From: Euglena gracilis
Taxonomy: Eukaryota
NCBI GenBank assembly: GCA_039621445.1
Contig: CP154954.1
Location: forward strand, 3,601,715 to 3,665,714
DNA: 64,000 nucleotides
Reading direction: 5' to 3'
In this document: positions 58,012 through 64,000 of the stretch, in pieces
Position numbering within the stretch: the stretch's first letter is position 1
How the letters are laid out: each line of letters starts with the position of its first letter
Position numbers and translations under genes: made by a program
Notes under the pieces: model-generated
Database searches by the model: none
What the model was told of the DNA's origin: nothing
The model's input: only the letters and a program-made list of their open reading frames with translations

Positions 58012-61000
58012 TCACATGCATGCATGCATGGCGACCCCATATTAGTTGGGCCCGACTGGTGGGGGGTCCCACCAGTATGAGGTGAGGGTTTTTTTACCCT
58101 CCCGCGTCATACAAGTGGGACCGGCCCCTTGATTTTGGCCGTTTTCTCCACCAACTTCGATCTTCCGACGGTGGAAATTTGATAATTTTGGATGTGAGGA
58201 AGCGAGTTCCAGATTATCCCATAAAAAGCAATTGGGGTTGGGGTTTGGGAGTGGTTAGGGTTAGGGTTTTAGGCTACAGTTAGGCCGAAATCCTAAAAAA
58301 AAAAATAGGCCTTGCATTATGCCCAAACTAACCTATAATTAGGCCGATAATTAGCCTAACCCTCATTATCCCCAGGGCATCCGTGGCCAACCAAGTGTGC
58401 ACTTTGATACCCCCAAGGGGGAGGGAATCAAAAGGTGCACCTGCCAATACATATGGACACACACATGCACATATACCTATGTACATGTGCATATTTTATA
58501 TATATACATATGCGGTGTGTATATGTTCCTAAATACATGCACATATCCATTACATTAGATTGTTTATTAAAAAAAGGAAATCTGGACGATAATGTTCAAA
58601 CACTGTCAGGAAGTGCCTTTTCCCCACTTGCCTCGGAGTCACACCACCAACCGAGTAGTCAAAAGCGGAGCAGTTGGATCGAAGGGGGGGGGTTGACCGA
58701 ACCGCCGACCGTGGGGCTTTCAATGCAGTCACCGATGAACTTGTCGATGGTGCCATTTCGTTCCACAATATTGGGGTCCGAGACCCATACAGAGGACGTT
58801 CCAGCAGGCTCCTTTTAACAAGCCCCGGGGAGATTGTGCCTCGTGCTAGAAGGTTTTCAGAGGTTCTTCAGGATCTGGAGGGGGAGGTCGGCACCCACCC
58901 CCCCACCCAGAGGGCCCCCACGGGGGGGGGGGGAGAGCTCGGGGGTCAAATTTGGTCGAAAAAGTTTTCAAAAAGCTTTCAGACCGAAATTAGAGGAGAA
59001 CCGCTAGAGGAGGATACCCCCTCGACTAAACCCCAGCATGAGGGGGGCCCCCCCCCCCCAGGTCAACAAACTTAGAACATCGCTGTGTGGGGTGCTAGCT
59101 CATAGCAGGGACACAACCAGGGGGGGAATTTGAGTCCCAGCTTGGGCCATTTTTGGGCCCCTAGAACCTTCCGCATCGAAGGGGGGGGGGGTTGCTCTCT
59201 CACGACCCACATCCCCCTGGGGTTGAGACCTTCCCTGGGAACAAGACCGTTCCTTATTTTAGAGGGTATGTTCCCACCCATCAGAAGCCGACTTGTTTCA
59301 AATGGCTTTTCGTTTCGCCGTTGGCAAAACGGCGAAAAAGCCGTTTAGCCGTTGGCAAAACAGCAAAAAAGCCGTTTCGCCATTGAGAAAATGGCGAAAA
59401 AGCCGTTTTGCAAGCCAAATGTGAGAAAAATGGCAAAAAAGCCAAAGAGCCGAAATGAAACACATATGGGTGGGAACATACCCCACTTTCAAGATTCTTC
59501 ATTGAGGGAGGACCGACATAAAGACACATCATTTCCCAGTTCCTGAAAACCTTCGGTGATTTGAGCCATATTTTCCTTCGCTTAGTGTGTGTTTGAAAGT
59601 TTCCAAAACTTCCTGTCGTTGGGGGGGGGGTGTTCTGGGGTTTGTCTGCAGGAGACTCGGTGCGCTGCACATGGCCTCGAAGTACTCCGTGCACACGGCG
59701 ACCAGCGCGGCGGGGGTCTCATTCTCACAGATGGTGGAGAAGCCCTCAATGTCCGCAAACATGATGGTCAGCGTTTCAGTGGCAGGCAACTGATTGCCCC
59801 ACCACCATCTCCATGGTGGTGGGGCTTTAAACTCACGTGTTTGGTTGCGACCTCAGGAAAACCATCCCATGTCCCCTCTGGCAGGCTGCAACCACAGGTG
59901 GAACTGATTCCAAACAGCTCAACAGTGACGCCAAAGGCATCTGCAACCCACAGCCAGGGGGCCGATGAAAAAAAAAAACGGGAAGTTCAGCAGATCAGGA
60001 GTTCAGCGGGCTCACTTTGGTGCAAATTTATGATTAAACGGATTACCACTGACGGCCCATATCTTCGGTTTCCGGATGAGAGACGAAACCTTTAGGATTG
60101 CAGATTAGACCTCAGGAACAATGAACAGCGGCCTGCTTGGGGTGCATCTCATCGTTGGCTTTCATTTGGCCAGCAATCAGAATCAGCCGCCGGTCAAAAG
60201 AGGTGACTCGACAAAGAAGCCGCACATTCGATGTACATGTCAAGGGTCACCGGTTCTGTGGTTGGTTTGAAATGCCCCAGTGCCTTGGCATTGCAATCGG
60301 AGACGCCCAGCTGTGATGCCTGGGTTTTTCTCCTTGTGCTCAAGCAGCCAATTTTTCAAGGTTTTCTTTTTGGTTGCAGGTGTTGGCCCCATGTCATTTG
60401 GGGTGTCACGTGACGTGTCACATCCTGAGACTGGGATGGGACAAATCTGGCATCTCAGGTGGATTTGGCTGTTTTTTCCGCTGGTCCCTTTTGTCACTCC
60501 AGAAAGGGATTCCAGAGAGAAACCTCATTTCCCAGATGCCATTCAGGATCCATCAGGGTTTGTGCAAGACGCAATGCCCCAATTTGGCACATCACGGGCC
60601 GGGGCTGCCCAGCACCTTCACCACCGCCTGGGGCACGAACTTCCCAAACGCCCACAGCAGCCTTCTTTTCCACAACCCCCTGGAGGAGGGGGTCTTCGGC
60701 TGTTATGCACGCGGTCCAAGCTGAGTCTGACCAACCCCCCCCCCCCGAGGGATTGGTCCGGACAGTTCATTAAGTATGGGGTTCATTAAGCATTAAGCAT
60801 TAGACGTTCATTAAGCATGGGGTTCGCAACCTCCCCCCATTTCATGATTCAATGACACCAAATGATCGTCTCCGACTGGGGGGGGGTGCTAAAACAGCCA
60901 ACGTTTGTCTCCAACCAGGGGGTGGAGGGGGTTGTTAGACAATAGGGGAACCCCATGTTGGCAAAAAGTTGGCCACAAATAGGGAATCAAGACCATTTTG

Positions 61001-62681
61001 GCTGTTTTTAGCCCCTTTTTTTTTTTGCACAATTGGCATCCTTTGACCACTTCTGGCCATTTTTGGCCACTGTCGGCCATTTTTTTGGCCATTTCGACTA
61101 TTATTGGTCATTTTTTGGCCAAATTTGAGCAACTTTCGGCTGTTTGTCGCAACCTCACTTTACCAGCCCCCTCCCCATTGACCAGGTTCCAACAACCCCC
61201 GACCAGGGAGTGGTTGCACGACTAAAACCCCAACCCAAAAATAAGACCCCCCCCCAAAATAAGACCCCCCCCAAAAATAAGACCCCCCCCCCCTGACGGC
61301 GCGAAGCGCCGGGGACGGTGAAAATTTTCCCTGAGAAATTGCCAAAAACCCAAATTTCACACACAAAAATGATGAAATTTCAAAAAATTTCAGATTCTTG
61401 AAGTGCAAAAAACATGCTAAATGTCCACTTACACAAATTTACACATGGCGCGAAGCGCCGAAGGAAAATTTTTAGTGTTTTTGGGAACCTGAAAAATGAT
61501 GTTTTTTTCGTCCCGGGTCGGTCAAGAAAAAATCCAAAAATAAGACCCCCCCCAAAAATAAGACCCCCCCCTGGAGGTTTCCAGCAACGGACCCAAAAAT
61601 AAGACCCGGGTCTTATTTTGGGGGGGGGGTTAGGTGCCAAAAAAAAACCCAATATTCAAAACCACCTGCAACCTTCATCCTCCGACCAGGAGGTGTCGAT
61701 GTATAGGGGATTTATCCCCATTGGGACCTTTCCCTGACATGATCTTTTGCTGGATAGACATATGATTGGGTGTCATCTGCCACGTTCCCCTGAAATGTAT
61801 TATTCAACCCTGTGACATCTTCCATCAGCAGGAAGGCAGGAATGAGATTTCGATGTCATACAGCCTGACAAAAAGCCTGACGGGGTGGTCAGCAGACAGG
61901 GGGTACACCAATTTGAATCATTTTGGGAGCCATTGCGGGGGCATTGGCCATTTTTTGGGGGGGGTCATTTTGGCATTTCAGCCAGTTTATGGTTTTTCCA
62001 ACAGGCTGCAAAAAAAAAGCTTCTCTGAAACTTGCAAATACAAAAAAAAGCGAAATTAAATCACAATTCCTCCATTACTTAGGGACAAACATCACAGGTC
62101 GCATCTGACCAGGGGGGGATTTCTTGGACAAGCCCGGTCATTGGACGAGGAAATAATCATCCATTTGCTGTGAAAGGAGACAATCTACACAGTCTGGACG
62201 CCCCTTGTTCGTTGGACAATTGGCAACGGTCGCCCAGCCCCCCGGTATGGACAGGCGGAGTGGGGGGGGGGGGTATTTTGACCCCCCAGGAGGCAGGGTT
62301 TTTTGGTGCTATAAGGGGGTTCATTTCATTTTTAGGAAGGGAGGGTGAGTAACAACTTGCCGTGGAGGCCTCCCAGTGGACTTTCCAACAGAAAAAGTCA
62401 GTTGACCCAACGTGACATCCAAGGGAGAGGGACAAAATGTCCTTGAAATGGCGGGATCTGATCAGCAACAATTGCAGATGGAAAATTTTTTGTGGGGAAT
62501 CCTCAAAATGCGGGGAAAATCCTGGACGCCCCCTTAAAACGGCCAGGAAATTTCTGGATGAAGAAAATCTCACAAAGCCATTTTTCAGGGAAATTCCACA
62601 CCAAACCCAAAAATTGGTTTCTCCAAATCCAAAATTCAAAAAGTTTGGATTTGAACGTTAAAAAATCACATGCTGAATGAT
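44813..62681. repeat. Copy 2 of the duplicated segment
   Basis: Starts with the sequence of 25604, lacks 25763-27448, and ends with the sequence of 44799. Confidence 0.95.
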
Positions 62682-63017
62682 CAATACACCTTTTGAACAG
62701 GTGACTTGGAACATTCCAAGGAACCGTGCAAAATGCCAAAGAAAATTTCGCAGGTTCACTGGAGGAAATTGGGCTTTTCTTGAATCTGCCGTAAAAAAAT
62801 CCTGGGCAAAACTTGGTCCAGAATCTCCCCACAACAGTTTTCTTCTGGTATCACCCACCTGGGAGGGGAGGTGACCACTTTTTTTTCATTGAAAAGAAGC
62901 CTGCCCTGCAGGCCGCGCTCCATCTGGGTGAAGGAGGTCTGGAAGCGGTGAAGTTCCCGGAACACAGTGGGCTTCGTGGCTGTGGTGGTGAACTGCAGCT
63001 GGGCGATGCGGTCCATC
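48069..63017 (-). CDS. HAMP / class III adenylate cyclase, copy 2 (5' end beyond the window)
   Basis: Exons 62907-63017, 60611-60652, 60139-60178, 59664-59777, 58722-58772, 57543-57620, 56713-56753, 56553-56610, 55184-55228, 54067-54201, ~52124-52266, 50516-50611, 48069-48212. Differences from copy 1 are mostly synonymous. Confidence 0.9.
49289..49902. mobile_element. MITE with CCTC(C)nTTGTCCAACGACC TIRs and TA TSD, present in copy 2 only
   Basis: Inverted termini flanked by TA. Absent at the equivalent site near 31781. Confidence 0.8.
62907..63017 (-). CDS. Adenylate cyclase HAMP-like exon
   Basis: MDRIAQLQFTTTATKPTVFRELHRFQTSFTQMERGLQ joins in frame to AFGKFVP. The intron ends pair (caggcttctttt / aaaagaaggctg). 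Confidence 0.8.
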
Positions 63018-64000
63018 GGAGGCAGGGCCTTGTCCGCAGCGGTCTGATTTCAAGTTGATGAAAATCATGGAATGAAAACAGAAATCAAACTGGAAGAAGT
63101 CTGATGATCTGGACACTTTTGACTTTGCAAGAAAAAGAGCACACCCAAGAAAGAAAGCTTTGGACAGGGCTGTACAAGAAGGTCTGATGGGGGGATCTAC
63201 CCCTTCCCACCCTGGCAGTTTGCAAGAAAAACTTCTTTGGCCCCGAAGGCACAGAGAAATCAGCGCCTTGGAGATATGAGATGGGGTGGCATTTTTTTTA
63301 TTTGCAAGGCATTTTTTTAAAAAACCTTAAATGCCTGAAAATGAGCCTTGAATTTTTTTTGGCTAAAATGCCTCAAAATGCCAAAAAATTCAACAAATTC
63401 GGGCTGGCAGAAAATTCTCCGACCGAGCAAAGAAAAAGCCAAAAAACCTCAGCAAACGCAGGTCAGCTCTGGAAAGAAAAATGATTTTGGCATTGCCCAA
63501 ACGTTGTTTATTAACAAAAATGCAAAAAAAAATTAATTGGACCACATGCAAAATCAAAAAAAAAACTTTTCTGATGCCCGGACAGCCCTTGGACTCCCCT
63601 GGAGAATAGTGCCTTAAAAAGCCTCAAAAAGCCTTAAAGAATGCCCTATAATGCCATAAAAATTTTGCCTTAAAAAACCAATGCCCGGGTGGCCCCGCAA
63701 CACCCAAAGGGTCCCAGGGATTCCCACACAGTCTTGTCCAAGGCACCAAATGAGGGTGGAGGGGGGGTCAGGCCCCCCTCCTGCGAAAAGCAAAAAGCCA
63801 CGAAGCGCCGGGACAATTGGGGGAGGGGGCTCAAAAAGCCAAAAATCGTGTTTTCGGGTTCATTTCGAAAAATCAGCAATACGTGAAAATCCTTTCCCCG
63901 GTGCTTTGAAGGGGAAGAAAATTTCTCGGTTCTTGGGGGTCTGACCCCCCTCAAGAACCCCCAGCCCAGAGGGGGGGGGGGGGCTCTCCCCGCATGAAAC

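Noticed and set aside
30621-63017. Photoactivated adenylyl cyclase (PAC) or guanylate cyclase
   Set aside because: No BLUF domain is visible, a HAMP-like segment precedes a single cyclase domain, and the Lys/Thr pocket indicates ATP.

Overview
Repeat-rich eukaryotic nuclear DNA, most likely from a euglenid. The main evidence is that one gene is split by non-GT-AG introns whose ends base-pair (Y|R-nn-CAG ... CTG-nnnnn|R). (1) 1-5.8 kb: a nested cluster of decayed DIRS1-type tyrosine-recombinase retrotransposons with gag-like, RT, RNase H, methyltransferase and YR regions, ITRs and an ICR. (2) About 13.2-19.0 kb: a decayed hAT-like transposon carrying a 47-bp satellite. A non-autonomous relative at 25763-27448 has 18-bp TIRs, an 8-bp TSD and an empty site elsewhere in the window. 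(3) A minus-strand HAMP/class III adenylate cyclase gene reconstructed exon by exon. It appears twice because 25604-44799 is repeated at 44813-62681 across a 13-N gap, probably as two haplotypes. (4) Many MITEs and microsatellites, plus two weakly supported minus-strand genes. Most notable: one cyclase intron has the exact structure of a hAT insertion (CAG...CTG TIRs plus a perfect 8-bp TSD). The 3+5 nt splice geometry removes exactly one TSD copy, which suggests hAT-type elements generate these nonconventional introns. All exon models were read by eye and have no transcript support.
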